Source of the DNA: Candidatus Thorarchaeota archaeon
GTDB lineage: Archaea; Asgardarchaeota; Thorarchaeia; Thorarchaeales; Thorarchaeaceae
Reading direction: 5' to 3'
Assembly (NCBI GenBank): GCA_016840855.1
Contig: JAEORO010000056.1
Span: 74 to 64,073, forward strand
DNA length: 64,000 bases
Each line of letters begins with the position of its first letter. Position 1 is the stretch's first letter. The notes beneath the pieces were generated by a model. That model was given only the letters and a program-made list of their open reading frames with translations, had not been told where the DNA came from and did no database searches. Below are positions 1-9,779 of the stretch, one piece after another. A program made the position numbers and the translations under genes.

Positions 1-420
<420 letters not shown>

Positions 421-598
421 ATCAAAAGTGTGCTTCGCACAGTACCTAGAGTTGTCTAGGAGTGTATTGTAGAGACAGCGACCTCCATCCTTTGTTAGTT
501 ATTTTTCAAAATATTCAACTAGTTTGATAATAAGCATAGTTTTTTGGGATCTTTTTTGACAATTATCCGTCGGATAAATCAAAACCGAGAATGCCATA

Positions 599-1435
599 AT
601 GTTTCGCAAGGTTCTGTTGTTCCGGAACTTAACGGACAACATACCAAAGAATATTGGTCTTTACTCAGTAGGTGTCATGCTTCTTTTTTTGTTTCGTCTA
701 CCAATTGATTTATTCCAAATCTTGTTAGGTTTGGCTGCCTTCCTTGTATCTTATTCTTCGATTTATGTGCTAAATGATTTCTATGATACTGAAGATGATA
801 AGACGGACATAGAGAAAGTTCTAAGAAAACCCTTGGCTCAGGGAGCTGTTAAAAGAAGCGAAGCATTGAAGATTTTCACCTTTTTTTTAATGACGGGTAT
901 TCTACTCTCTGTTCTTCTCAACCTGTTATTTCTTTGTGTTGTCTGCTTATTGATTCTAACTAATTCGATCTACTCAATCCCATTCACACGCAATAGAAAA
1001 CAGAATCTAGACGATACTGGCTTAGTAAGCTTGAAACAGTCGATTCTTGGCTTTCCCCTCGTTTTTCTTATGCAACTGCAGAAGATTTTCCTTCCTTGGA
1101 CAATCAGTGTAGAGGTATTGCAATTTCCTGTTCTTTTTGCTGTTGGATTTTCACTCATCTATATAGTAATCTTCAGAGGTTACAAAAAAGGCTGGACAAT
1201 TGGAGAATCTATCAAACATACTCTATTCCCTTTTGTCGTCGCAATAATTGTTTTCATTTTGTCGATTAGTGTGTACCCTGAACCAATAGCACAAGCATCA
1301 ATACTGCTCTATATTCTTGCAGGAGTCGCTTTCTTCAGGAATTCATACCTGACCGATAGAAGAGTCCTATTACAGAGTCCAGTCTATATATTTCTAGGAA
1401 TCGTCATTCTGTTCTACGTGATATCAAATCTATAG
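599..1435 (+). CDS. UbiA-family polyprenyltransferase (divergent)
   Basis: Polytopic membrane protein with the first UbiA Asp-rich motif NDFYDTEDD followed by RKPLAQG. I could not find the second Asp-rich motif by eye. Confidence 0.6.
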   Translation: MFRKVLLFRNLTDNIPKNIGLYSVGVMLLFLFRLPIDLFQILLGLAAFLVSYSSIYVLNDFYDTEDDKTDIEKVLRKPLAQGAVKRSEALKIFTFFLMTGILLSVLLNLLFLCVVCLLILTNSIYSIPFTRNRKQNLDDTGLVSLKQSILGFPLVFLMQLQKIFLPWTISVEVLQFPVLFAVGFSLIYIVIFRGYKKGWTIGESIKHTLFPFVVAIIVFILSISVYPEPIAQASILLYILAGVAFFRNSYLTDRRVLLQSPVYIFLGIVILFYVISNL

Positions 1436-1522
1436 GGAAATCGATTATTCTCAAATAAGATGGCTCACATTCGTCCTGCTCAATGTTTATTAAAATTCGG
1501 GATTTATTCAAGCTGTGGACCT

Positions 1523-1816
1523 ATGACAAACGAAGAGGAAACCAAGAAAACTTCGATGAAGCGACGGATTGGAAAGGTTGGACTAGTCTTAGGGCTACTT
1601 GTCATCGTCATTGTAATTGTCCTAGGGCTGCTTACATCATGGGTTTCTGCACATAATGGTTCAACTGAACTATCACATGCTTACGAAATCATCGCGGGTC
1701 CAGCTTTAATTTGTGGCATCCTACTCTTCTTAGCTGGACTAGTTGCCCTTCTATTACCTGAGGGTTTATCCAAAGATGGTCTCTGGAGTATGCAGACTGG
1801 ACCGTATCTTAGATGA
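1523..1816 (+). CDS. small two-TM membrane protein, hypothetical
   Basis: The ORF-track frame 1460..1816 has two long hydrophobic segments. The start at internal ATG (MTNEEE) is a guess. Confidence 0.4.
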   Translation: MTNEEETKKTSMKRRIGKVGLVLGLLVIVIVIVLGLLTSWVSAHNGSTELSHAYEIIAGPALICGILLFLAGLVALLLPEGLSKDGLWSMQTGPYLR

Positions 1817-1927
1817 TCAAAACATTATTTCTAAAGTCTTGATAATACTTCATTTGATGAGTGCCTCTCAAAATTGCTTACATGAGCAATTTAAAGGTCC
1901 AATTGCTTTGAAATCCGCACGTGTGGG

Positions 1928-2497
1928 ATGTTTATGTCCAAGATTAAAATTGATTCCGGAAGTTCCCCTTTTCCAAAACCAATAGTCCTGTTAGGATCAA
2001 TTGTTGATGGACGACCTAACTTCTTCACCGTTGCATGGTTCAACCGTATGAGTCGGACACCAAATATTTGGGGTGCATGTGTGGGAAAGGCGAAATATAC
2101 CCTCAAAGGAATTCAAGAGAACAAGACGTTCAGTGTTAATTTTCCAAATGCTGATTTAGTCACAGAAACGGACTATTGTGGGATTCGTTCGGGAAAAGAT
2201 GTTGACAAGTCAATTTTGTTCGACATCTTTTATGGTGAACTAGCAACAGCTCCAATGATTAGGGAATGTCCCGTCACCGCAGAATGCACACTTCGAGAAC
2301 TTGTTGATATATCAACACACTACCTTCTTCTCGGAGAGGTGAAACACTTGTATTCAGAAGAGAAATACATGACTGATGGTGTTTTGGACCAGAAAAAAAT
2401 GAACCTCCTTATTTTCACGAAACCTGCGCTACAATATTGGACACTTGGTGAGGTTGTTGCTGATGCATATTCCATTGGAAAAGAGCTAGAAAAATAG
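1928..2497 (+). CDS. flavin reductase-like (FMN-binding split-barrel) protein
   Basis: The layout and length are typical of flavin reductase-like domain proteins (by eye). It is a clear paralog of 60189..60764, sharing PNFF/PNFM, SGKDVDKS/SGRDVDKS and FYGE motifs. Confidence 0.65.
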   Translation: MFMSKIKIDSGSSPFPKPIVLLGSIVDGRPNFFTVAWFNRMSRTPNIWGACVGKAKYTLKGIQENKTFSVNFPNADLVTETDYCGIRSGKDVDKSILFDIFYGELATAPMIRECPVTAECTLRELVDISTHYLLLGEVKHLYSEEKYMTDGVLDQKKMNLLIFTKPALQYWTLGEVVADAYSIGKELEK

Positions 2498-2505
2498 ACT
2501 TTGAT

Positions 2506-2949
2506 TTATCCCAATCTCTTACTCAACTCCCATAGCGGTGGTACTAATTCCAAATCAGCGAGAATATCATAGAAACTGAATGCACCCCATCTATCTGTAA
2601 TCTTGCCTTTTGAGTTAATGTACAGAATTGTCGCTCCTTCAAATTCTACCCGTTTGCCAGTTGGCTCAAAACCCCATGCGTTACCTCTCTGTGTCCCTTT
2701 TCCTTTATATCTAATCCAGACCTTATCTTCTTGACCACTAATCTCTACGACATCATATTTCAAGTCTGGAAAGATTGATCGAAAATATCTGATTTCATGT
2801 TTAACTTGGGCTGGGCCAACTGCATCAATATGTACCCATTCTGGATCATAATCACTTGCAACTAACTTGTCTGCCATATCTAAATCTGGTTTACTCCACA
2901 TCTCTTCAAACCATCGTCTGCCAATGGCTTCGTTTCTCTTCTTGGACAT
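2506..2949 (-). CDS. SnoaL-like predicted ester cyclase
   Basis: N-terminal RRWFEEMWSKPDLDMADKLVASDY and an overall ~145 aa alpha+beta barrel pattern are typical of SnoaL-like ester cyclases (by eye). Confidence 0.5.
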   Translation of the reverse strand: MSKKRNEAIGRRWFEEMWSKPDLDMADKLVASDYDPEWVHIDAVGPAQVKHEIRYFRSIFPDLKYDVVEISGQEDKVWIRYKGKGTQRGNAWGFEPTGKRVEFEGATILYINSKGKITDRWGAFSFYDILADLELVPPLWELSKRLG

Positions 2950-2973
2950 CAGAGGTCATTCCAATATACTGCC

Positions 2974-3351
2974 TTACTCTTTGTTGAATTGAAGCAATTC
3001 AAGAACATTTCCGGATGGGTCTCTCATTGCCATCATGAAGCCCGCGACGAACGCCTGAGGTTTGTCATGGAGGAATTCTACTCCCTTCTCTCTGAGATCT
3101 TTTGAAGTCTGTTTGATATTATCAGTTTCAATACCAAGTACAACCTGTGAAACCTCTGGGTACTCACTACTCCCCATTTTCTCAACTTTCTCCAGAATAA
3201 CCGGAGGTCCCTGATTTTCCAGACGCACAATACATCCGTCAGCATATCTCTCAGCTTCTTTAAAGCCAAGCATGTCACAGTAGAACGCAACTGCTTTGTC
3301 TATATCATCTACGTATATTCCAATCACACAAAAGCTAGCCAATACAAACAC
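2974..3351 (-). CDS. glyoxalase/bleomycin-resistance (VOC) family protein
   Basis: 125 aa. IGIYVDDIDKAVAFY...LGF near the N-terminus and DPSGNVLEL near the C-terminus are typical VOC-fold signatures. Confidence 0.65.
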   Translation of the reverse strand: MFVLASFCVIGIYVDDIDKAVAFYCDMLGFKEAERYADGCIVRLENQGPPVILEKVEKMGSSEYPEVSQVVLGIETDNIKQTSKDLREKGVEFLHDKPQAFVAGFMMAMRDPSGNVLELLQFNKE

Positions 3352-3544
3352 CTCACAATCACAAAAACGCTCACTTTAAACAATAAATATTACTTATCAA
3401 GCATCAGAAAATGCCAGTTTCAATATATTTCATATTAGAGCTTCATTCTTTATGACTCTCTGAGGAGCTATATAGTGAATGTTATCAACCGGTCCAGCTT
3501 CGTGGTGCCAATAAACTTCAATCAGAATTGAAGGGGTTGGTTCA

Positions 3545-4237
3545 ATGAGCAAAGGAGTTCTTAGAATTTTTTCAGAAGTTGCTCGCTTCTATGAACTGGT
3601 GAACCATGTCCTTACGTTTGGTCTTGATATTCCTTGGAGAAAGAAGGCAGCTCAAGTTGCCGCATTGGGCGGAGGGATTCTTTGGTTAGAGGTCTGCAGC
3701 GGGACAGGTGAGCTGGCTGTGAATCTCATGAAATTCGCAACCGCAGACACTAAAATTGTTTTATCTGATTTCTCAATGCCTATGATTTCAAAAGCTACTG
3801 AAAAGAAGGAACTTCGTGGTGTAACTATCTCCCTTGCCGACTCACAACAACTTCCATTCCCGAACGACACCTTCGATCTCATAGCAATCTCCTTTGCAAC
3901 TCGAAATATCACACCAACACCTGAGAAACTAGTCAAGTATCTCAAAGAATTCCATCGCATTTTGAAACCTGGCGGGCGTTTTGTCAACCTTGAAACTAGC
4001 CAACCCTCATTAGTCCCAATCAGGCTTGCTTTTCGTCTTTATGCAAAGCAGGTGGTCAAATTGGTGGGAAGAATGATCTCTGGATCAAAGACAGGTTATG
4101 CATACCTTGCACATACTGTTCCCCGATTTTTCGATGCTGAAGGGCTATCCAATATCCTCTACGAAACTGGTTTTTCAAGGGTAAGCTATATCAAAATGAC
4201 ATTAGGAGCTGTAGCTATTCATCGTGCTGTGAAATGA
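3545..4237 (+). CDS. UbiE/MenG (COQ5) family class I SAM-dependent methyltransferase
   Basis: VARFYELVNHVLTFGLDIPWRKK resembles the UbiE N-terminal signature. SAM motif I is LEVCSGTGE, and LKPGGRF lies downstream. Confidence 0.7.
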   Translation: MSKGVLRIFSEVARFYELVNHVLTFGLDIPWRKKAAQVAALGGGILWLEVCSGTGELAVNLMKFATADTKIVLSDFSMPMISKATEKKELRGVTISLADSQQLPFPNDTFDLIAISFATRNITPTPEKLVKYLKEFHRILKPGGRFVNLETSQPSLVPIRLAFRLYAKQVVKLVGRMISGSKTGYAYLAHTVPRFFDAEGLSNILYETGFSRVSYIKMTLGAVAIHRAVK

Positions 4238-4238
4238 C

Positions 4239-5546
4239 CTATAGTCTGATTACCTTCCCTTCTCTTCTACTTCTCTCGGCTGCAAAAGTCATCAGGTGGG
4301 TTTCCAGAGTTTCATCAGGACCCGAGAGAATCAGACTTGAATCATTCTGCGAAACTGCAGATACGAAAGTATCAATTAGAGCATAATCACCGCCACCATG
4401 TTCCACAAGTGAGTTGGGAATACGAGGCGCATCGGTGGTTGTATCAATTATCTCTGTTTTACCATTAAGAAACTGATGCAATTGGATCTTCTCACTGTTT
4501 GCGTATATCTCACCGTAACTTCCAAAGATACGCGTTTCTCTTTGTCTGGCTTTAGTGAACCCAGTCATTGTGAATGATGCCGTTTCACCACCCTCGAATT
4601 CCATATTCACTACCTGGTGATCCACAACGTCATTATCGCATTCGTATACACAACGACCATACGGTCCATTTCGGAGCTCCCTGATGATGCCACCTTTTGT
4701 CATTTCTGTCGTTATTACACTCAAAGGCCATCCGGTTTTCCTACGTTCAAGAAGTTTGAGATAGAATCTCTTTGCAGAATATGGACACTCTGGCTCATAG
4801 TTGCACTCCAAGCAGTTACTACCTGCGTTTTCAGGTTTGTTCTCACCACGAAAATGTGTGAGCGAACCAAAAGAAGACACAGACGTGCATCTCTTTCCAA
4901 TGATGTATCTTATCCAGTCAAGATCATGACAAGACTTGGTAAGCAACATGAATGATGACTCTTTCTCATTTCTCCAGTTTCCTCTCACATATGAATGCGC
5001 CTGATGCCAATATCCCACAGGTTCAAGATGCTGAATACTTATGATATCTCCAATTAATCCTGACTCAAGAATCGACTTCAGCTTCTGAGTATATCTTGTA
5101 TACCGAAGCACATGACCTACAGCAAAGATGATATCCCTTGAGAGAATTTCCTTTGTTATATCCTTGCAGCTCTTCTCATCTGGTGCCATTGGTTTCTCCA
5201 AGAGAATATGATAATCCTTTTTCGCAAATGCAATCGTTGGATCTCGATGCATGTGGTCCCGTGTTGTGATTATAGCTGCATCAGCAAACTTCTTCTTCTT
5301 TGCCATGTCCTTCCAGTCAGTGAAAACATTCTCTTCAGGGATGTTGTGTTCCTCTACCATTTTTTCCCGGTAATAATCTCTAGGCTCCGCAACGCCAACG
5401 ATTTTAGCTCTGTTTGGATGAGCTTTGGCATAGGATGCGTAAACAAACCCCCGATCTCCGGCACCCGCTATTATCATCTCAACTGGAGTCACTTTGATTT
5501 CCCACCCATAAGGTGTACTAAGTTTTGGATACATGCTCCATTTCAA
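4239..5546 (-). CDS. Gfo/Idh/MocA family oxidoreductase
   Basis: N-terminal Rossmann IIAGAGDRG and an EKPMA motif, with a long C-terminal alpha/beta domain. The true start may be an internal ATG. Confidence 0.7.
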   Translation of the reverse strand: MKWSMYPKLSTPYGWEIKVTPVEMIIAGAGDRGFVYASYAKAHPNRAKIVGVAEPRDYYREKMVEEHNIPEENVFTDWKDMAKKKKFADAAIITTRDHMHRDPTIAFAKKDYHILLEKPMAPDEKSCKDITKEILSRDIIFAVGHVLRYTRYTQKLKSILESGLIGDIISIQHLEPVGYWHQAHSYVRGNWRNEKESSFMLLTKSCHDLDWIRYIIGKRCTSVSSFGSLTHFRGENKPENAGSNCLECNYEPECPYSAKRFYLKLLERRKTGWPLSVITTEMTKGGIIRELRNGPYGRCVYECDNDVVDHQVVNMEFEGGETASFTMTGFTKARQRETRIFGSYGEIYANSEKIQLHQFLNGKTEIIDTTTDAPRIPNSLVEHGGGDYALIDTFVSAVSQNDSSLILSGPDETLETHLMTFAAERSRREGKVIRL

Positions 5547-5921
5547 TCTATACCTCTATTATCGACAGACAGGAAATCTCATTAATCAAGGAACATAAGA
5601 CTCCCTTGGTAGAGAGAGTTGGAGCAGAAAGATTCAGAACTCATTTCCAATGCCAGTTACGCGAAGCTAGTGTATTAATCCTGGTTATTTTTACGATATT
5701 CTCGGGATTTGGTGTTTCAACGACATATTCGCAACAGGGCATTCCATTAATCATCGCTCTTGGTCTATCGGCGATCGCAATATCCATTCTCCATTTTGGA
5801 AAAATACTGAAAAGATAAGATGGGTGAGATATTATTAAAATCATCAACTAGGTGTTTCCTACACTGGCGGAAAGCATAGAGTTCATAATCCGTCACTGAC
5901 ATTCACTGCATTGTGGACTAA

Positions 5922-6485
5922 ATGGGAGATTTCAAGGAAAGTCAAGAATTAGGTTCAGTTGACGAAACTTACCGAAAGAGATCTCAACTCATAATAATCT
6001 TGATGATACTGATTGCGTTCTTTGCACCAGCTGCCATGGCTGGAGAACATTATTTTTCTTCATTCTATCTCAATATCACTGCAATGACTTGGCAGGTAAA
6101 TGTAAGTCAATTTGGTCTTACTATTCAGTTCCTTGAACCGTATATGTTACTGACCATGAGCCCGTTTCTTCTCTTCCGCGCTGGATTTGTATATCAGATT
6201 TCGAAATATTATAGAGGAAAAACAACTAGGGGCAGAACAGCCATAGCCGCAGTACTTAGTGAGGCGCCTTTTTTTGTTCTTTTTTTCTTTTGGGCAATAT
6301 CCACTGCACTCTATAGTGGGTTCGGACTTAATTCCCCGCTACCAATAATGATGGTTGTAGGACTGTTGATATTATGGAGATTTCCTATGCCAACGGTGAA
6401 AGTCCCATGGGAGGGTGCTGAAGAACCTACTCCTTGGTGGGAAGAGGAGTCCAAAGAAGATACTAAACCTGCTGTTGATAAGTAA
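5922..6485 (+). CDS. polytopic membrane protein, hypothetical
   Basis: Several hydrophobic helices and an acidic C-terminal tail. No recognisable motif. Confidence 0.45.
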   Translation: MGDFKESQELGSVDETYRKRSQLIIILMILIAFFAPAAMAGEHYFSSFYLNITAMTWQVNVSQFGLTIQFLEPYMLLTMSPFLLFRAGFVYQISKYYRGKTTRGRTAIAAVLSEAPFFVLFFFWAISTALYSGFGLNSPLPIMMVVGLLILWRFPMPTVKVPWEGAEEPTPWWEEESKEDTKPAVDK

Positions 6486-6510
6486 ATCAGCTAAACGGAT
6501 TTGAAACATA

Positions 6511-6936
6511 TCAATCTGACAGTCGTCTGCTCGCGTCTTCATTAGCCTCTGCCAGCAACTCAAAGGCGTAAGCCGCTTCACTTAGGAAGTCGATCTTCAC
6601 AGCGGCTTGCGTATAGAAGGCTTGCAGACTTTTTTCTATCTCTCTCGCAATCTTTCTCAAAGTTTGGTCATCATGGGTTTCAGGTATTGCTGTCTTTGGT
6701 TGGAACGCATCAGAGTAAAGCCCAGAGATGGGTTCTAATATCATCTCAGTGACGTTCTCTCTCCTGATACGTTCTATTGTCTTGATTCTTTTTTGTCCTC
6801 TAGTAGCAAGACTACTAAAAGTGCTTGCTAAATCTTGGTCCTTTACTTTCTGTCTTGTAGACTCGTAAAAACTAGTCACCTCATTCTCAACTTCCAATGC
6901 AAATGTCATTATTGCTCCAAAGGTTCCAAGTTCCAT
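6511..6936 (-). CDS. hypothetical helical protein
   Basis: 141 aa, predicted all-helical, immediately downstream of the aldehyde dehydrogenase gene on the same strand. No metal-binding ExxH motifs seen. Confidence 0.4.
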   Translation of the reverse strand: MELGTFGAIMTFALEVENEVTSFYESTRQKVKDQDLASTFSSLATRGQKRIKTIERIRRENVTEMILEPISGLYSDAFQPKTAIPETHDDQTLRKIAREIEKSLQAFYTQAAVKIDFLSEAAYAFELLAEANEDASRRLSD

Positions 6937-6954
6937 TATTAATACACACTCCGA

Positions 6955-8418
6955 CTAGAACCAGCGAGTTATGACAACCTTATTTTCTGTAAAGAAATCG
7001 ACAGCATCTTGGCCCTGTCCATGAAGGTCTCCTAAAAAGGAGTCTTTCATTCCTGAAAAGGGAAAGGTCGCAATTGGTGCAGCAACTCCAATGTTGATGC
7101 CAATGTTTCCTGCCTTTACTCTGTATTGATACTCTCGAGCAACTGCTCCGCTTGATGTGAACACAGATGATGCATTGCCATATGGGTTTGCGTGAATAAT
7201 CTCTATTGCCTCATTGAGGTCCTTTACTCGCATTATTGGGATGACAGGCCCAAAGATCTCTTCTTTTGCTATTGTCATTTCAGGAGTTACTTTATCAAAA
7301 ACAGTTGGTCCAACGAAATATCCACTTTCGTATCCAGGGACATTGACTTCGCGTCCATCGAGAAGTAATTCTGCACCTTCTTCAAGTCCCTTCTCTATAT
7401 ATCCAAGGACTTTCTCCATTCCTTTCTTAGATGCCAATGGACCCATTTGGACTCCCTCTTCCAATCCATTTCCTACACTCACATTTTTGGCAGCTTCAAC
7501 AACAGCTTTCTTGAGTGGTTCATATATGTCACCAACAGCCAGAAGTACACCACCTGCTAGACAGCGTTGTCCAGCACATCCATAGAATGATGTGATTAGC
7601 GCAGGGATTGTCCGCTCAATATCCGCGTCAGGCATAACAGTAAGGAAGTTCTTCGCGCCACCTTGAACCTGGGCTCGTTTCCCGTTCTCGCCTGCTTTCT
7701 TGTAGAGAAGCTTGCCAATCGTAGATGAACCAACAAATGACATGCCTATTGTGTCAGGGCTCTCCAGAAGTGTATTAACAGCCTCTGGGCCACCATGAAC
7801 CATGTTCAGCACACCTCTTGGGAGTCCAAGTTCATGAATTATCTCAAACTGCCTTACTTGACTCATAGGCACCTGCTCTGATGGTTTTACAATGTACGTG
7901 TTTCCTGCTCCCACAGCAAATGGCCAGAACCAAGTGGGGACCATTCCTGGAAAGTTGAATGGTGCTACGCAGAAGAAGACTCCAATTGGCTGCTTAATGA
8001 CCATCTCATCTATTCCTGCTGCCACATCCTCAGTGTTGTACCCCATCTGAAGTGATGGGATGCTTGTTGCACATTCAAGATTCTCAATTGTGCGGCGGTA
8101 CTCGCCTCGAGCCTCATCAATGGTCTTTCCTTGCTCCATAGTGAGAATCTTCGAGAGCTCCTCAAAATTCTCCTCAAAAGCGTCTCTGATTCGGTTAAGA
8201 TGTCGGACTCTTGTGAAAACAGGAGTCGCTCGCCATCGATCAAAAGCCGCCTTTGCAGCTGCGATAGCCTGAAGGGTTTCCTCTTTAGTGCTCATGGGTG
8301 TCCTAGCAATTAACTCACCGGTAGCAGGGTTGAATACATCTCGCGTTTCTTTTGCCTTAGACTCAACCCATCGCCCATTTATGTAGTTCTTCACCGTTTC
8401 TACAGTCAAGATGGTCAC
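6955..8418 (-). CDS. mmsA: CoA-acylating methylmalonate/malonate-semialdehyde dehydrogenase
   Basis: ALDH fold with catalytic CAGQRC. The C-terminal FPFSGMKDSFLGDLHGQGQDAVDFFTENKVV is characteristic of the MMSDH subfamily. Confidence 0.8.
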   Translation of the reverse strand: MTILTVETVKNYINGRWVESKAKETRDVFNPATGELIARTPMSTKEETLQAIAAAKAAFDRWRATPVFTRVRHLNRIRDAFEENFEELSKILTMEQGKTIDEARGEYRRTIENLECATSIPSLQMGYNTEDVAAGIDEMVIKQPIGVFFCVAPFNFPGMVPTWFWPFAVGAGNTYIVKPSEQVPMSQVRQFEIIHELGLPRGVLNMVHGGPEAVNTLLESPDTIGMSFVGSSTIGKLLYKKAGENGKRAQVQGGAKNFLTVMPDADIERTIPALITSFYGCAGQRCLAGGVLLAVGDIYEPLKKAVVEAAKNVSVGNGLEEGVQMGPLASKKGMEKVLGYIEKGLEEGAELLLDGREVNVPGYESGYFVGPTVFDKVTPEMTIAKEEIFGPVIPIMRVKDLNEAIEIIHANPYGNASSVFTSSGAVAREYQYRVKAGNIGINIGVAAPIATFPFSGMKDSFLGDLHGQGQDAVDFFTENKVVITRWF

Positions 8419-8472
8419 TTCCAGTTCGGAACTCTTTAGTCGACTTGATGTCTATTTGATTCTTGTGTACTG

Positions 8473-9687
8473 TCACTTTGTGTGAACGAACTTAATCGCA
8501 TTATCCTGACAAACAACATAGCAGAGACCGCATCCATCACACTTCTCGTTGTTGATGACCGCTACATTGTTTCTCATCTGAATAGATACATAACCACCAT
8601 CTGCGCAAGCTACAACGCAGTCTTTACACCCTGTACAATTATCCTCAATCACATGTGCCACCAATGGAGGGAGCTTTGTGAGGGCAGTCCATGTAGTGAT
8701 TTTGGGTAACGCTTTACCAACAATATCGGTGAGTGTGGTGTATCCTTTTCGCTCCATGAACTTTGCGAGTCCTTCTGTCAAGTCCTTAATAATTGAGAAC
8801 CCATGCCACATGACTGCTGTGCAAACCTGAAGAGTCTTAGCTCCAACCATTAGATATTCTGTTGCACCATTCCATTCTTCAATGCCTCCAATCCCCGAAA
8901 TTGGAATGTCAGGAAGTGCTTTTGCAATCTGCGATACAAAACGAAGACCAAGAGGTTTCACTGCAGGTCCACAGAACCCGCCATATGTACTGAGTTGTTC
9001 TTTCTTATCAACACCATAAGCAATAGGAAGAGGAGTAGCTGTTTCGATATCAACTCCGATCAGCGACTCTACTGTATTTATGGCGGATAATGCATCAGCA
9101 CCTCCTCTCACAGCGGCTTCTGCGATGGGGACAATGTCAGTCACGTTCGGAGTCAGTTTTACCATCACTGGCAAGTCGGTCCCTTTCTTGGCAGCTTTAG
9201 TCACTACTTCAACCAGCTTCGGGTTTTGGCCGATGAATGCACCCATGTGTTTCTCAGGTGATCCATGTGGGCAGGACACATTTAGCTCAATCGCATCAGC
9301 ACCCGAAGCAGAAATAGTTTCAGCAAGTGAAGTCCACCCCTCTGGTTCGGGACCACTCATCATGCTAGCAATGAATATGAAGTCCTCAGGAGCCTCTTGC
9401 TTTATTTTTGGGATCCACTCGTCTGTCCACTTCTTCAACGGCTCACGGGATAGTAGCTCAATATTATTCATCCCAATAGCTTTTCCGTCCCTACGTAGAA
9501 CCCCTAAGCGTGTTCTTGGATCAACAGTAGGTTCTTCTGTTACAGTTTTCATAACTGCACCTCCCCATCCCAGCCTTGCAGCTCGAAGAATGTGACGTGG
9601 ATCCATCGTAGGCGGCGCAGACGATAACAAGAACGGATTCTTGAAAATGATACCTGCGAACTCGATTTCTAATTGGTTTGAGGACAT
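8473..9687 (-). CDS. preA: dihydropyrimidine dehydrogenase PreA-like subunit (DHOD-family TIM barrel plus two 4Fe-4S motifs)
   Basis: ELNVSCPHG, KLTPNVTDI, GGADALSAINT, ISGIGGI and QVCTAVM motifs, plus C-terminal CTGCKDCVVAC and CDGCGLCYVVC clusters. Confidence 0.8.
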   Translation of the reverse strand: MSSNQLEIEFAGIIFKNPFLLSSAPPTMDPRHILRAARLGWGGAVMKTVTEEPTVDPRTRLGVLRRDGKAIGMNNIELLSREPLKKWTDEWIPKIKQEAPEDFIFIASMMSGPEPEGWTSLAETISASGADAIELNVSCPHGSPEKHMGAFIGQNPKLVEVVTKAAKKGTDLPVMVKLTPNVTDIVPIAEAAVRGGADALSAINTVESLIGVDIETATPLPIAYGVDKKEQLSTYGGFCGPAVKPLGLRFVSQIAKALPDIPISGIGGIEEWNGATEYLMVGAKTLQVCTAVMWHGFSIIKDLTEGLAKFMERKGYTTLTDIVGKALPKITTWTALTKLPPLVAHVIEDNCTGCKDCVVACADGGYVSIQMRNNVAVINNEKCDGCGLCYVVCQDNAIKFVHTK

Positions 9688-9779
9688 GGTTCAATCCGTC
9701 TCCAGCTTTATGGTGGTAATACTACGTCCCTAAAGGCCTTTAGGGAAGTGTTTCTTTGCGTTCCCCGGCTAAACTAAGC

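Noticed and set aside
421-598. Expected 5S rRNA or tRNA downstream of the 23S rRNA
   Set aside because: No 5S-like or cloverleaf-compatible sequence was recognisable by eye. The region is AT-rich with T-runs.
5525-5818. 97-aa ORF in the spacer upstream of the Gfo/Idh/MocA gene, with an opposite-strand ORF at 5641..5847
   Set aside because: Its 5' end overlaps the divergent gene's start. Only the C-terminal half looks like a two-TM peptide, and that half has no internal ATG. A short alternative-start membrane peptide remains possible but cannot be supported from sequence alone.
9080-9595. 171-aa ORF antisense to the preA-like gene. Similar long antisense ORFs lie at 7214..7585, 31667..32224, 32246..32620, 37566..38072, 38235..38846, 39010..39387, 39412..40029, 42129..42635 and 29624..30085
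   Set aside because: Each is fully embedded opposite a gene with strong family motifs. Their translations are low-complexity (Ser/Pro/Thr/Ala-rich) with no motifs, so they are typical shadow ORFs.
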